Of a stretch of 64,000 nucleotides of DNA, positions 22,298-31,946 are shown piece by piece (within the stretch, counting starts at the first letter, position 1; every line of letters starts with the position of its first letter). The position numbers and the translations under genes were made by a program. The DNA lies in NCBI GenBank assembly GCA_016935915.1, contig JAFGQB010000058.1:2496-66495 (forward strand), given 5' to 3'. The notes below the pieces were generated by a model. The model saw only the letters and a list, made by a program, of their open reading frames with translations, searched no databases and was not told the origin of the DNA. The stretch is from Spirochaetota bacterium (lineage in GTDB: Bacteria > Spirochaetota > GWE2-31-10 > JAFGQB01).

Positions 22298-22567
22298 TTA
22301 ATAATGATGCCTGCAGGATACTATACGAATACAGTCATCTTCAATCAGATATACCAGACGATGTTCTTTATCAATTCTTCTTGACCAGAAATTGCACAAA
22401 TTAAATTTTAAAGGTTCCGGTCTGCCCATTCCTTCATATTCTAGACCAGATAACTGAGTTCTTTGAATATCCTGAATTAAATTATTAATTTTTTTTAAAA
22501 TCTTTTTATCGGTATTTTGCCAATAAAGATAATCTTCCCAGCTGTCAGGCGTAAAAACAACTTTCAA
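22298..22567 (-). CDS. yoeB: YoeB/Txe-family mRNA interferase toxin
   Basis: 89 aa, aligns end to end by eye with E. coli YoeB (SWEDYLYWQ, KKINNLI, RPEPLK, FWSRRIDKEHRLVY, C-terminal RHHY). TTG start with GAGG 7 nt upstream. Confidence 0.88.
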   Translation of the reverse strand: MKVVFTPDSWEDYLYWQNTDKKILKKINNLIQDIQRTQLSGLEYEGMGRPEPLKFNLCNFWSRRIDKEHRLVYLIEDDCIRIVSCRHHY

Positions 22568-22902
22568 ATTACAACCTCAATTTTCTATTCAAAAAATGTT
22601 CAATGTTACTAAAATTTAATAATAAAAAGATTAATTATTATAAATTAACTATTTATTTGTGCTAAATATTTAACTAATTTAACAAAAACCGTTTAATCAA
22701 TAATTGTATAATATTACTCATTATTCAAAAATTAGTCAATTAAAAATAGCAGATGAAAACATAAAAAGAAAAATGATAATACTATAAAAGTAAATGATTT
22801 TAAATCATAAAAAATTTTATATATACTTTTTTAATTTCTTATTGTATATTTTTATCAATAACAAAAATTCATTTTTAACTTTTTTTTATAAAATAAAATA
22901 TA

Positions 22903-23535
22903 ATGTCAAAAACTAAAGATGTCTTTCTATACAATGATTACTTAAATTTCCTGAAAAACAAAAGAAGCATTAGAATTTATAATAACAAAAAAGTTTCTCA
23001 AGATGACATTTTAAAAATCATTAATGCAGGTATTCAGGCTCCAAGTCCTACAAATACTCAAGGATGGAAGTTCAAAATTATAGATGATCAAAATGAAATA
23101 TATGACCTGACTTTAATAATAAAAAATGAAATTGACGAATATCTTATTAAACTTGATGACGGCTTTTTGAAACAAAGTTTTAAAGAGTACAGCAAAAATT
23201 TTACTTTCTTAAAGAATTCACCTTGTGTGATTTTATTATATTCAATAAAACCAAGAAAAATCTTAAGAAATTTCTTTAAATCAAAATTAAATTTTTATAA
23301 AGGTGAAGGTTCTTTGTTAAGTCTAGGTATGGTAATGCAAAATATGATGCTATCAGCTTATACCCTCGGTATTTCAAGCTGTCCCTTGACCGGACCTCTT
23401 ATTGCCGAGAAAAAAATCACAACTAAATATCCTCCACCAAAAAAATACGAATTGTCGGGTTTAATCACGTTCGGTTTTACCAATAATTTTCCTATAAATC
23501 CAGGCAGGAAACCAATGGAAAAATTTATTATCTGA
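22903..23535 (+). CDS. Nitroreductase-family protein
   Basis: 210 aa. KNKRSIRIYNNKKV...APSPTNTQGWKFKII signature. Confidence 0.75.
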   Translation: MSKTKDVFLYNDYLNFLKNKRSIRIYNNKKVSQDDILKIINAGIQAPSPTNTQGWKFKIIDDQNEIYDLTLIIKNEIDEYLIKLDDGFLKQSFKEYSKNFTFLKNSPCVILLYSIKPRKILRNFFKSKLNFYKGEGSLLSLGMVMQNMMLSAYTLGISSCPLTGPLIAEKKITTKYPPPKKYELSGLITFGFTNNFPINPGRKPMEKFII

Positions 23536-23804
23536 TTACTTTTTATAGGGTACTTTGAAAAAACTTCTTTTTTGTAGTAACATTTATAAGGAGAGAAATT
23601 GATTTTAATAGTTTTTCAAAAACATCTTTGACTGGTTTTTAGAAATATCTTATAAAATTAGTAAAATTTTCAAAAATTTCACACATTTCAATTGATAATA
23701 TTGACATTTTTTATTATTATATATTGGCTTAAAATTAATATATATTACATATATTTATTACATCCAAATTTAATCATTTCTATTCATATAAGGAGTAAAA
23801 TAAA

Positions 23805-26800
23805 ATGGCAAAAAAACAAACAATTGATGGTAATTTTGCAGCAGCTTATGTGGCTTATGCATTCAGTGAAGTTGCGGCAATTTATCCGATAACTCCCTCT
23901 TCAACAATGGGCGAATATTGCGATTTGTGGGCAACTCAGGGACAAAAAAATATATTTGGACAAGTTCTGCAGGTTGCTGAAATGCAATCTGAAGCAGGAG
24001 CTGCAGGAGCTGTTCATGGTGTATTGACAGGAGGAACAATGTCAACTACATTTACTGCTGCTCAGGGCTTGCTTTTAATGGTACCCAGCATGTATAAAAT
24101 AGCCGGAGAATTACTGCCGACAGTATTTCATGTATCAGCAAGATCTTTAGCTATACAGTCATTATCAATTTTTGGTGATCATTCAGATGTGATGGCAGTT
24201 AGACAAACAGGTTTTTCTCTTATTGCAGCATCTTCCATTCAGGAAACAATGGATCTTGCAGTTGTTTCACATCTTGCTACACTTGAAGCTTCTATACCCT
24301 TTTTAAACTTTTTTGATGGCTTTAGAACTTCTCATGAAATACAAAAAGTTGAAATGATAGATTATGAAACAATGAAATCCCTTGTGGATATGAAATATAT
24401 AGAAAATTTCAGAAATAGATCATTGAACTCTGAAAGACCTATGGTAAAAGTAGCACAGCAGGCACCAGACGTATATTTCCAGGGAAGGGAAGCTCAAAAT
24501 AAAGTTTATGAAGCCGTGCCTGAGATAGTTCAGAAATATATGGATAAAGTCGGTGAAAAAATTGGCAGACATTATCACCTTTTTGATTATTTCGGTGATC
24601 CGAATGCAGAAAAAATCATTATTGCAATGGGATCAGGTTGTGATACAATTGAAGAAACAGTAAATTATCTTGTAAAAAAAGGTGAAAAAGTTGGTTTAAT
24701 AAAGGTTAGACTTTACAGACCATTCTCAGTAAAAGATTTTATCAATGCTGTCCCTAAAACAGTTAAAAAAATAGCTGTACTGGACAGAACAAAAGAACCG
24801 GGCGCCATAGGCGAACCTTTATATCTTGATGTTGTTACTGCACTAGAAGGTAAAAACATTAAAATCATTGGAGGCAGATACGGACTTTCATCTAAAGAAT
24901 TTACTCCTTCCATGGTCAATGCTGTATATGATCATCTTGATGGTGAAGCATTTCATAACTTTACAGTGGGTATTGATGATGATTTGAGCAATAGATCACT
25001 TAAAATTAAAGAAATAATTTCAACAGAACCTGAAGATGTTATAAGATGTATCTTCTGGGGTCTGGGTTCAGACGGAACCGTAGGGGCAAATAAGAACTCG
25101 ATAAAAATTATCGGGGATTATACGGACATGAATGCTCAAGGGTATTTCAGCTACGACTCAAAGAAATCAGGCGGTATTACAATAAGTTATTTAAGATTCG
25201 GTAAATCAAAGATACAGTCTCCATATCTCATAGCAACTGCAGACTTTGTAGCATGCCACAATCCTGCATATATAGGAAGATATGACATGCTGAAAGAATT
25301 AAAAGAAGGAGGGATATTCCTGTTGAATTCAGAGTACCCTAATGAAGAGGTATTTGAACACTTAACACGTGATATGCAGGAAACCATTATCAATAAAAAA
25401 ATCAAATTTTACAACATTAATGCATTAAAAATAGCAGGTGAAGTCGGCTTGGGCGGAAGGATCAACACTGTTATGCAGGCTGCATTTTTTATAATATCAG
25501 GCATTCTGGATAAAAAAGAAGCAATATCTTTAATCAAAAAATATATTGAAAAAAGCTATGGAAAAAAAGGACAACAGATCGTAGAAATGAACTGGAAAGC
25601 GGTAGATAAATCAGAAGAAGCTTTGGAAGAAATCAAAGTCCCTGAAAAAGTTACAGATATTAAAAAATCATTCACAGAACCAAAACTTATACCTGATGAT
25701 GCAGGAGAATATGAAAAAAGAATCATTGAAAAAACAATGAGGCTTAAAGGAGATACAATCAGTACAAAAGATCTGGCTGATTTTTCAATTGACGGTATGC
25801 TGCCTACAGCGACCACAAAACTTGAAAAACGCGGTATAGCACCATATGTGCCGAAATGGATTAGTGAAAACTGCATACAGTGTAATCAGTGTTCATTAGT
25901 TTGTCCTCATGCAGCGATCAGAGCAAAACAGATTGAACCTGAAAATTTAAAAAATGCTCCAAAATCTTTCAAAACATTAAAATCAACAACCAAAAATGAT
26001 AAAAATCTTGAATATAAGATACAAATTTATATTGAAGATTGTACAGGCTGCGGAAATTGCGCAAACACATGTCCCGGTAAACAGAGTAAAAAGGCACTTG
26101 AGTTCTCTCCGATTGATACAGAAAGAAAAGCAGGAGAAAATGACAATGTTGCTTTTTTTGATGAACTGCCTGATAATATACTTGACGGGACTCAAATCAC
26201 TCAGTTTAAAGGCACACAGTTTAAAAAACCGCTGTTTGAATTTTCAGGTGCCTGTGCAGGATGCGGTGAAACGCCGTATGTCAAGCTTGCAACACAATTA
26301 TTCGGTGAGAGAATGATCGCAGCAAATGCAACCGGATGTTCCTCTATCTATGGCGGAACCTTTCCGACAATACCTTATGCAAAATCGAAAGAAGGTAGAG
26401 GTCCTGCATGGGGCAATTCACTTTTTGAAGATAATGCAGAATATGCATACGGAATGAGGCTTGCTGTTGATGCCAACAGAAAATATTTAAAGCACAGCAT
26501 TGAAAAGGTTTTATCTTTAGGAACAACAAAAGAACTTACTGATGCATTAAAAAAACAAATAGAGATTTGGGATAATACTGATGATGAGGCAATTAAAAAT
26601 TCAGACAAAATAAAAAAACTTCTTCCTGCTGCTTTAAAAGATGCAAAAGGCGATGCAGCATGGTGGATTGGCAGAATAAATGAATTTAAAGATTATATAG
26701 TTGATAAATCAATCTGGGCAATTGGCGGTGACGGTTGGGCTTATGATATAGGCTACGGCGGACTGGATCATGTTGTTGCAATGAACAGAAATGTAAATAT

Positions 26801-27353
26801 TCTTGTTCTTGATACTGAAGTTTATTCAAATACTGGAGGTCAGTCATCCAAGGCTACTCCTTTTGGTTCAATAGCAAGATTTGCCGAAGCAGGAAAAAGA
26901 ACAGCAAAAAAAGATCTTGGTTTAATATGTATGAGCTACGGTTATGTTTATGTTGCTTCAATTTCTCTTGGCGCTAACATGAGCCAGGCTGTTAAAGCAT
27001 TTATTGAAGCAGAAGCTTATAACGGTCCTTCATTGATTATAGCTTATTCACCATGTATTAACCATGGACTTTTAAACGGTATGGGACGAAGTATCGAAGA
27101 AGAAAAAATTGCTGTCTCTTCTGGCTATTGGCCTTTATATAGATATAACCCTGCCTTGTCATTGGAAGGTAAAAATCCTTTTATCTATGAATCAAAAGAT
27201 CCGACAACAAACATGCTTGACTTCCTGATGAATGAAACAAGATACACCGCTTTAAAAATACAGTTCCCTGAACAGGCGGATGCATTATATGAACAGGCAA
27301 TAACTTTAAAAAAACAAAAGCATGATTTTTATAAAAAATTTAGTTCAATATAA
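23805..27353 (+). CDS. nifJ: Pyruvate:ferredoxin (flavodoxin) oxidoreductase, single-chain type
   Basis: 1182 aa. Collinear PFOR domains, two ferredoxin-type clusters (CIQCNQCSLVCPH, CTGCGNCANTCP), and a TPP-binding GDGWAYDIGYGGLDH motif. AAGGAG RBS. Confidence 0.97.
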   Translation: MAKKQTIDGNFAAAYVAYAFSEVAAIYPITPSSTMGEYCDLWATQGQKNIFGQVLQVAEMQSEAGAAGAVHGVLTGGTMSTTFTAAQGLLLMVPSMYKIAGELLPTVFHVSARSLAIQSLSIFGDHSDVMAVRQTGFSLIAASSIQETMDLAVVSHLATLEASIPFLNFFDGFRTSHEIQKVEMIDYETMKSLVDMKYIENFRNRSLNSERPMVKVAQQAPDVYFQGREAQNKVYEAVPEIVQKYMDKVGEKIGRHYHLFDYFGDPNAEKIIIAMGSGCDTIEETVNYLVKKGEKVGLIKVRLYRPFSVKDFINAVPKTVKKIAVLDRTKEPGAIGEPLYLDVVTALEGKNIKIIGGRYGLSSKEFTPSMVNAVYDHLDGEAFHNFTVGIDDDLSNRSLKIKEIISTEPEDVIRCIFWGLGSDGTVGANKNSIKIIGDYTDMNAQGYFSYDSKKSGGITISYLRFGKSKIQSPYLIATADFVACHNPAYIGRYDMLKELKEGGIFLLNSEYPNEEVFEHLTRDMQETIINKKIKFYNINALKIAGEVGLGGRINTVMQAAFFIISGILDKKEAISLIKKYIEKSYGKKGQQIVEMNWKAVDKSEEALEEIKVPEKVTDIKKSFTEPKLIPDDAGEYEKRIIEKTMRLKGDTISTKDLADFSIDGMLPTATTKLEKRGIAPYVPKWISENCIQCNQCSLVCPHAAIRAKQIEPENLKNAPKSFKTLKSTTKNDKNLEYKIQIYIEDCTGCGNCANTCPGKQSKKALEFSPIDTERKAGENDNVAFFDELPDNILDGTQITQFKGTQFKKPLFEFSGACAGCGETPYVKLATQLFGERMIAANATGCSSIYGGTFPTIPYAKSKEGRGPAWGNSLFEDNAEYAYGMRLAVDANRKYLKHSIEKVLSLGTTKELTDALKKQIEIWDNTDDEAIKNSDKIKKLLPAALKDAKGDAAWWIGRINEFKDYIVDKSIWAIGGDGWAYDIGYGGLDHVVAMNRNVNILVLDTEVYSNTGGQSSKATPFGSIARFAEAGKRTAKKDLGLICMSYGYVYVASISLGANMSQAVKAFIEAEAYNGPSLIIAYSPCINHGLLNGMGRSIEEEKIAVSSGYWPLYRYNPALSLEGKNPFIYESKDPTTNMLDFLMNETRYTALKIQFPEQADALYEQAITLKKQKHDFYKKFSSI

Positions 27354-27366
27354 AAAAATATTTTTA

Positions 27367-27394
27367 TTAACCCGCATTATCAATTGCGGGTTAA
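27367..27394 (+). terminator. Intrinsic terminator after PFOR
   Basis: 10-bp perfect stem TTAACCCGCA/TGCGGGTTAA with an 8-nt loop, followed by a T-rich tract. It starts 14 nt after the stop codon. Confidence 0.7.
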
Positions 27395-27446
27395 TAATTT
27401 TATAATGTTACATTTATAAATAATAATAAAAGGTGTTAATATATTT

Positions 27447-28412
27447 ATGAAAAAAATAGTCTTATCTGGCATCCAGCCTTCCGGTACACTGCATATAGGT
27501 AATTATTTTGGCGCAATGAAACAATATCTGGAGCTTCAGGATGAATGTGAATCATTTATTTTTATTGCAAATTATCATGCAATGACAAGTATTAAAGATA
27601 AAAATTTATTAAGGAACAATACAATTGACGTTGCATTAAATTATCTTGCAATAGGACTTGATACAGAAAAAGTAACGCTTTTTAAGCAATCAGATATACC
27701 AGAAGTCTGCGAACTTACATGGATATTATCAACAATAACACCTATGGGACTATTGGAAAGATGTCATTCATATAAGGATAAAATTGCAAATGGTATGTCT
27801 CCTGACCATGGTCTATTTGCCTACCCTGTACTGATGGCGTCGGATATTTTGATCTATAAATCAGATATTGTACCTGTAGGTAAAGATCAAAAACAGCATG
27901 TTGAAGTAACACGCGACATTGCAATAAAATTCAACAATACCTTTGGAGAAATATTAAAAGTACCCGATATAAGATTAAATGAGGATACTGCCGTTGTTCC
28001 GGGCATAGACGGAAGAAAAATGAGCAAATCTTATGATAATCATATTACTATGTTTGATGATGAAAAGACTATTAAAAATAAAATCATGAGTATTGTCACC
28101 GACTCAACACCATTGGAAAAGCCAAAAGATCCTGAAAAGTGCAATGTTTTTGCATTATATAAACTTCTTGCAACTAAAGATGAAATCAGTAAAATGCGTG
28201 AAAATTATTTAAAAGGCGGATATGGATACGGGCATGCAAAAAAAGAACTATTAAATAAATTTTTTGAATTTTTCGAAAAACCGAGAAAAAAATACAATGA
28301 ATTAAAAAATAATCTCGATTATGTCGAATTAATATTAAAAAAAGGTGCCGAAAAAGCAAGAACTGAAGCTGTAAAAACAATGCAGGAAGTCAGAAAAGCA
28401 GTCGGTATTTAA
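27447..28412 (+). CDS. trpS: Tryptophan--tRNA ligase
   Basis: 321 aa. SGIQPSGTLHIGNYFGA (HIGH), KMSKS motif present, typical length. Confidence 0.96.
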   Translation: MKKIVLSGIQPSGTLHIGNYFGAMKQYLELQDECESFIFIANYHAMTSIKDKNLLRNNTIDVALNYLAIGLDTEKVTLFKQSDIPEVCELTWILSTITPMGLLERCHSYKDKIANGMSPDHGLFAYPVLMASDILIYKSDIVPVGKDQKQHVEVTRDIAIKFNNTFGEILKVPDIRLNEDTAVVPGIDGRKMSKSYDNHITMFDDEKTIKNKIMSIVTDSTPLEKPKDPEKCNVFALYKLLATKDEISKMRENYLKGGYGYGHAKKELLNKFFEFFEKPRKKYNELKNNLDYVELILKKGAEKARTEAVKTMQEVRKAVGI

Positions 28413-28432
28413 AAAGCATAATAGGAAAATTT

Positions 28433-29629
28433 ATGGAAGATAAAAGTATCATAAAACCTATTTTAGATGCCTTGGAATATTTTAATGCAAGTAAAGAAGA
28501 AATCAATTATTTTTATAAAATTATTGATAAATTTTGCGCTAACTGGTTTGGCAAGAATATCAATATTAATAATTTAACATCAAATGAAATGACCCTGATC
28601 CACGACCTCTTAGGCGAATATATCAGGTTTGAAGAAAACAATAAAAGAGTTGCATTATGGTTATTGTCAATAAACAGAGTCTGTTATAATTATAGTGTAG
28701 ATTTATCCAGCTTAAAAGAAGAATTAAATTTACAATCTGAAATTTCTGATCAAAATTTTGATTCAACATTAATCGAACCTATTTTAGTACAGCTTAGAAT
28801 GCTCAATGTCCTGCATAAAGACGCAGGGAAAAATGACTTGGGGCAGTCTGATATTATTTCCAATTTTCTGCAATGGGTTATGGTTTATTCAACAATTATT
28901 TATCCTTCACTTGAAAATAAGTTCGATTTTTATGATAATACAATATTAAAGGCAATGCATTTTATACTTTTAGAATTCATTAAACAGCGGTCAAATGATA
29001 AAAGAATGGCATATCTTATAATGGCGATCATTGAAGCATGTAAAAATTACTCCATTCAAACGGACAATGACTGTTCAAGTTTTATTAATACTTATAATCC
29101 AGAAGAAGGCGCGGTAATCCCCGGACAGGAAGAAACAATGATCAAAGAACTATTGGAAAAATTAAAGGATCAAACTATTCAGCAGAGGGATAATGAGGAA
29201 GATAAAAATAACAACTCAATTGAATCATATATAAAAAACAGATATGATAATTTTATTGATACATTATTAAATGATACAGAAAAAGTAAATAAAAATTTCA
29301 ACAGCTTTATAGAAGATTTAACAGAAAAAGTTATATCACTGGAGATTGAAAAGACAATTGCATTTTTTAAGATATTATTCAGATACAGATCTCATACAAA
29401 ATTATGCTTAAATCAGCAAATTATAGATATTTTAAAAAATTCAATTGATAAGCTTCCAGATAACAGTAAAGACTGGATTAATAAAAAGATCAAAAATTTT
29501 TCAACAGAAAAAGAACAATATATAAAAAATATAATTAAATATAGAAATAAAAAAAGATCAGAGTTTTTTAAATATGTTAAACCTTATATAATGATCTTTT
29601 TAATATATAAACTTGAACTTTTTAGTTGA
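28433..29629 (+). CDS. Hypothetical protein with an internal ~100-aa duplication and a C-terminal hydrophobic tail
   Basis: 398-aa ORF 20 nt after trpS. No family recognised. The duplication is described in the findings. Confidence 0.5.
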   Translation: MEDKSIIKPILDALEYFNASKEEINYFYKIIDKFCANWFGKNININNLTSNEMTLIHDLLGEYIRFEENNKRVALWLLSINRVCYNYSVDLSSLKEELNLQSEISDQNFDSTLIEPILVQLRMLNVLHKDAGKNDLGQSDIISNFLQWVMVYSTIIYPSLENKFDFYDNTILKAMHFILLEFIKQRSNDKRMAYLIMAIIEACKNYSIQTDNDCSSFINTYNPEEGAVIPGQEETMIKELLEKLKDQTIQQRDNEEDKNNNSIESYIKNRYDNFIDTLLNDTEKVNKNFNSFIEDLTEKVISLEIEKTIAFFKILFRYRSHTKLCLNQQIIDILKNSIDKLPDNSKDWINKKIKNFSTEKEQYIKNIIKYRNKKRSEFFKYVKPYIMIFLIYKLELFS

Positions 29630-29685
29630 CTTTTTATTAATTAATAATTTTTTTTTTAAAGTTTAAACCATTAAGGAAAGTAAAG

Positions 29686-30858
29686 ATGAAAGTGAAAAAT
29701 ATTAATATTTTATTATTTGCAGTTGTCCTTTTTTATATCTTATCTTCGGTCAATTGTCAGATTAAGGTTAAAAATAAAGATATAAAAAAAATTTTAAAAC
29801 AGCAGATAAACCACATCAACCAGAAAAATATGTTGAAGATCACTTCAATTTCATTCAATGATCTTAGTTTAACAGAATTTCCAGAAATAATTTCATACAT
29901 GAAAAATTTAGAGACTCTGGATTTGAGCGATAATAAAATTTCAAAAATTCCAAACTTTATTAAAAACAACAACAAGCTTCTGCAAATTAATCTAAACAAT
30001 AATGAACTGTTAACCTTTCCAAAAAACATTTTAAACATAAAGTCATTGGAAAAATTATATCTTTCGCATAATAAAATCTTCGAGATTCCTGATGGTATTA
30101 ATAATCTGGTAAAATTAAAAGAACTTTATATTTCAAATAACGAATTAACAGATATATCAGAAGATTTTATCGATCTTTATAATTTAAAATACCTTGATCT
30201 TTCAAATAACAAACTCACCAAAATCCCGTCATATTATAATCCCTCCCTTCTATATATAAACCTTGAAAATAATCAGCTTTCATCACTGCCCAATGAAATA
30301 TTTACAATAAATATAATTACGATTAAAGCCGGCAATAATAAAATCACAAAGATAAATAATGTTATTTCAAAATGTACTTCTTTAAATACATTGGAACTTC
30401 AGGACAATAACATTATATATTTCCCGGAAGATACAGAAAATATAATATCACTGAGAAATCTCAACATCTCAAGAAACAATCTTACACATTGTCCATATCC
30501 TATCTGCAAAATCTCCTCCCTGGAAAATTTATGGCTGAACGGCAATAAAATAAACACTATTCCCACTTATATAATATATTTAAATAATCTGAAAAAATTA
30601 TATCTGGATGACAATCTATTATATTCTTTTCCTGAATCATTGTATCTATTAAAAAATAAATTAAGCGAACTTTCCCTAAAAAACAATTACATCTCATATA
30701 TTCCGTATGATATAAAAGAAAAAACAAATTTGAATGTTCTGTATCTTACAAATAATCCGATAAAAATTATCGATAAAAATTTAATTACATGGCAGAAAAG
30801 AGAAACAGCTTTAATTTTATTAAATGAATCTGCAAGTAAAAATGTAATAATATTATAA
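29686..30858 (+). CDS. Secreted/lipoprotein leucine-rich repeat (LRR) protein
   Basis: 390 aa. Signal peptide ending LSSVNC. About a dozen tandem ~23-aa LRRs (LxxLxLSxNKIxxIPxxIxxL). Confidence 0.85.
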   Translation: MKVKNINILLFAVVLFYILSSVNCQIKVKNKDIKKILKQQINHINQKNMLKITSISFNDLSLTEFPEIISYMKNLETLDLSDNKISKIPNFIKNNNKLLQINLNNNELLTFPKNILNIKSLEKLYLSHNKIFEIPDGINNLVKLKELYISNNELTDISEDFIDLYNLKYLDLSNNKLTKIPSYYNPSLLYINLENNQLSSLPNEIFTINIITIKAGNNKITKINNVISKCTSLNTLELQDNNIIYFPEDTENIISLRNLNISRNNLTHCPYPICKISSLENLWLNGNKINTIPTYIIYLNNLKKLYLDDNLLYSFPESLYLLKNKLSELSLKNNYISYIPYDIKEKTNLNVLYLTNNPIKIIDKNLITWQKRETALILLNESASKNVIIL

Positions 30859-30950
30859 GAGAGCTATCGAATTATTTTAAAACTCTCTTTTAATTTGATC
30901 TCAAATTTTCATTTTATCTTTTTTTAAATATTGATAATTATTTTTTCACT

Positions 30951-30977
30951 TTATTTTGGCGCATAAAAACTATCGCT
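30951..30977. repeat. Copy A of a ~26-nt imperfect direct repeat (TTATTTTGGCGCATAAAAACTATCGCT)
   Basis: Matches 34294-34319 (CTATTTTTTGCGCAAAAACTATCGCT) with a 17-nt core GCGCA(T)AAAAACTATCGCT. It stands out as a GC-richer island in AT-rich spacer. Confidence 0.6.
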
Positions 30978-31014
30978 TTTTACGCATTAAAAGCCATTAT
31001 ACCTTTTAATTTAA

Positions 31015-31698
31015 TTACTCCAGAAAAGTTTTTAAAAAATTATCCGGATAATATGAAGTACTGAGTTTAATATTTTCATTCATCAATATACTTTTTTCAA
31101 ATTTATATTTCATATAAAAACTTAAATTCATGTACCAATCGCCAAAATATTGTTTTTGAACTGAAGTTATATAGTTTTTCATACTTTCATTATATTCAAA
31201 CTCAGAGCTTCTGTATCTGTCGCTTCCCTGTTTTATTGATACTGACGACAAAGCAAAAAAATCAGAAACATCTTTTACATCAATCATAATGGTTATAATA
31301 TTATCTTCAATATTCAGTGAATACTGAGGTTCAAATTTTTCTATCTTCATTGATAAATTTAAATCTTTATTTACTTTAATATTTTTTATATATGAATAAT
31401 TTATGACATTCATTGATGTTTCATTTTTATATGACAGACCAAAATAATATAAATTGTAACTACCATAGCTGACTGAAAGCTCTAAATAGTCTTTAAAATC
31501 ATAATAATATTGATGTAAAGATTTGTCTTTAATATCAATATTTTCCAAAAAAATATGATGATAAACAGCATTATTCAATTCATTGTTCATTATGATTTTT
31601 AAATCGGCTTTTTTTAAATGCAAATTTTCATCAATATAATTTGAACATGAATTCGACATGGATATAATAATTATAATAAATTTAAAATATTTTTTCAT
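31015..31698 (-). CDS. Hypothetical secreted protein / possible lipoprotein
   Basis: 227 aa. N-terminal hydrophobic leader followed by Cys (IISMSNSC). No family recognised. Confidence 0.5.
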   Translation of the reverse strand: MKKYFKFIIIIISMSNSCSNYIDENLHLKKADLKIIMNNELNNAVYHHIFLENIDIKDKSLHQYYYDFKDYLELSVSYGSYNLYYFGLSYKNETSMNVINYSYIKNIKVNKDLNLSMKIEKFEPQYSLNIEDNIITIMIDVKDVSDFFALSSVSIKQGSDRYRSSEFEYNESMKNYITSVQKQYFGDWYMNLSFYMKYKFEKSILMNENIKLSTSYYPDNFLKTFLE

Positions 31699-31946
31699 GT
31701 TTATGCTCCTTTAAAATTATTAATGTGAATATCATAGGGAAAACAAAATTTCTTAAAAAACTTTCGTTAAAATATTTCTCAGCAATCTTTTTAAAACTCT
31801 ATTTCCAAATATTTATAAAAATATTTTTTTAAAAAAATTTAATATTACTTTCATATATAAATCCATTTATTTGTAATAATTCTTTACCCTAAATGTTATA
31901 AATTTGAAAAAAAATAAAATTAATGATATAAAATATATTAAAAAAT

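Noticed and set aside
22568-22902. Search for a yefM/phd-type antitoxin upstream of yoeB
   Set aside because: No open frame longer than about 21 codons abuts the yoeB start on the minus strand, and none has an ATG. The region is AT-rich spacer. The absence is therefore reported as a finding rather than as a gene call.
23599-23631. 10-codon TTG-initiated mini-ORF after an AAGGAG in the PFOR upstream region, as a possible leader peptide
   Set aside because: It is very short, uses a non-ATG start, and has no attenuator-like alternative hairpins around it. It is most likely a chance match.
23692-23892. 66-aa ORF overlapping the PFOR start
   Set aside because: PFOR has a clear AAGGAG RBS and a conserved N-terminus from 23805. 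This ORF is hydrophobic, AT-driven sequence in the promoter region.
25556-26316. 106-aa ORFs on both strands inside the PFOR gene (25556..25876 minus, 25996..26316 plus)
   Set aside because: They are nested in the 1182-aa PFOR frame, which is motif-supported throughout. The same reasoning applies to the other short ORFs listed inside clpX, lon, apbE, GH28, rnfC/D, glnN, gatA and gatB.
29648-29657. T10 homopolymer 28 nt upstream of the LRR gene as a phase-variation switch
   Set aside because: A/T runs of 8-10 nt are frequent throughout this AT-rich window. The tract lies in a 56-nt spacer that is probably internal to a trpS-linked transcript. No promoter elements flank it at a spacing that it would modulate.
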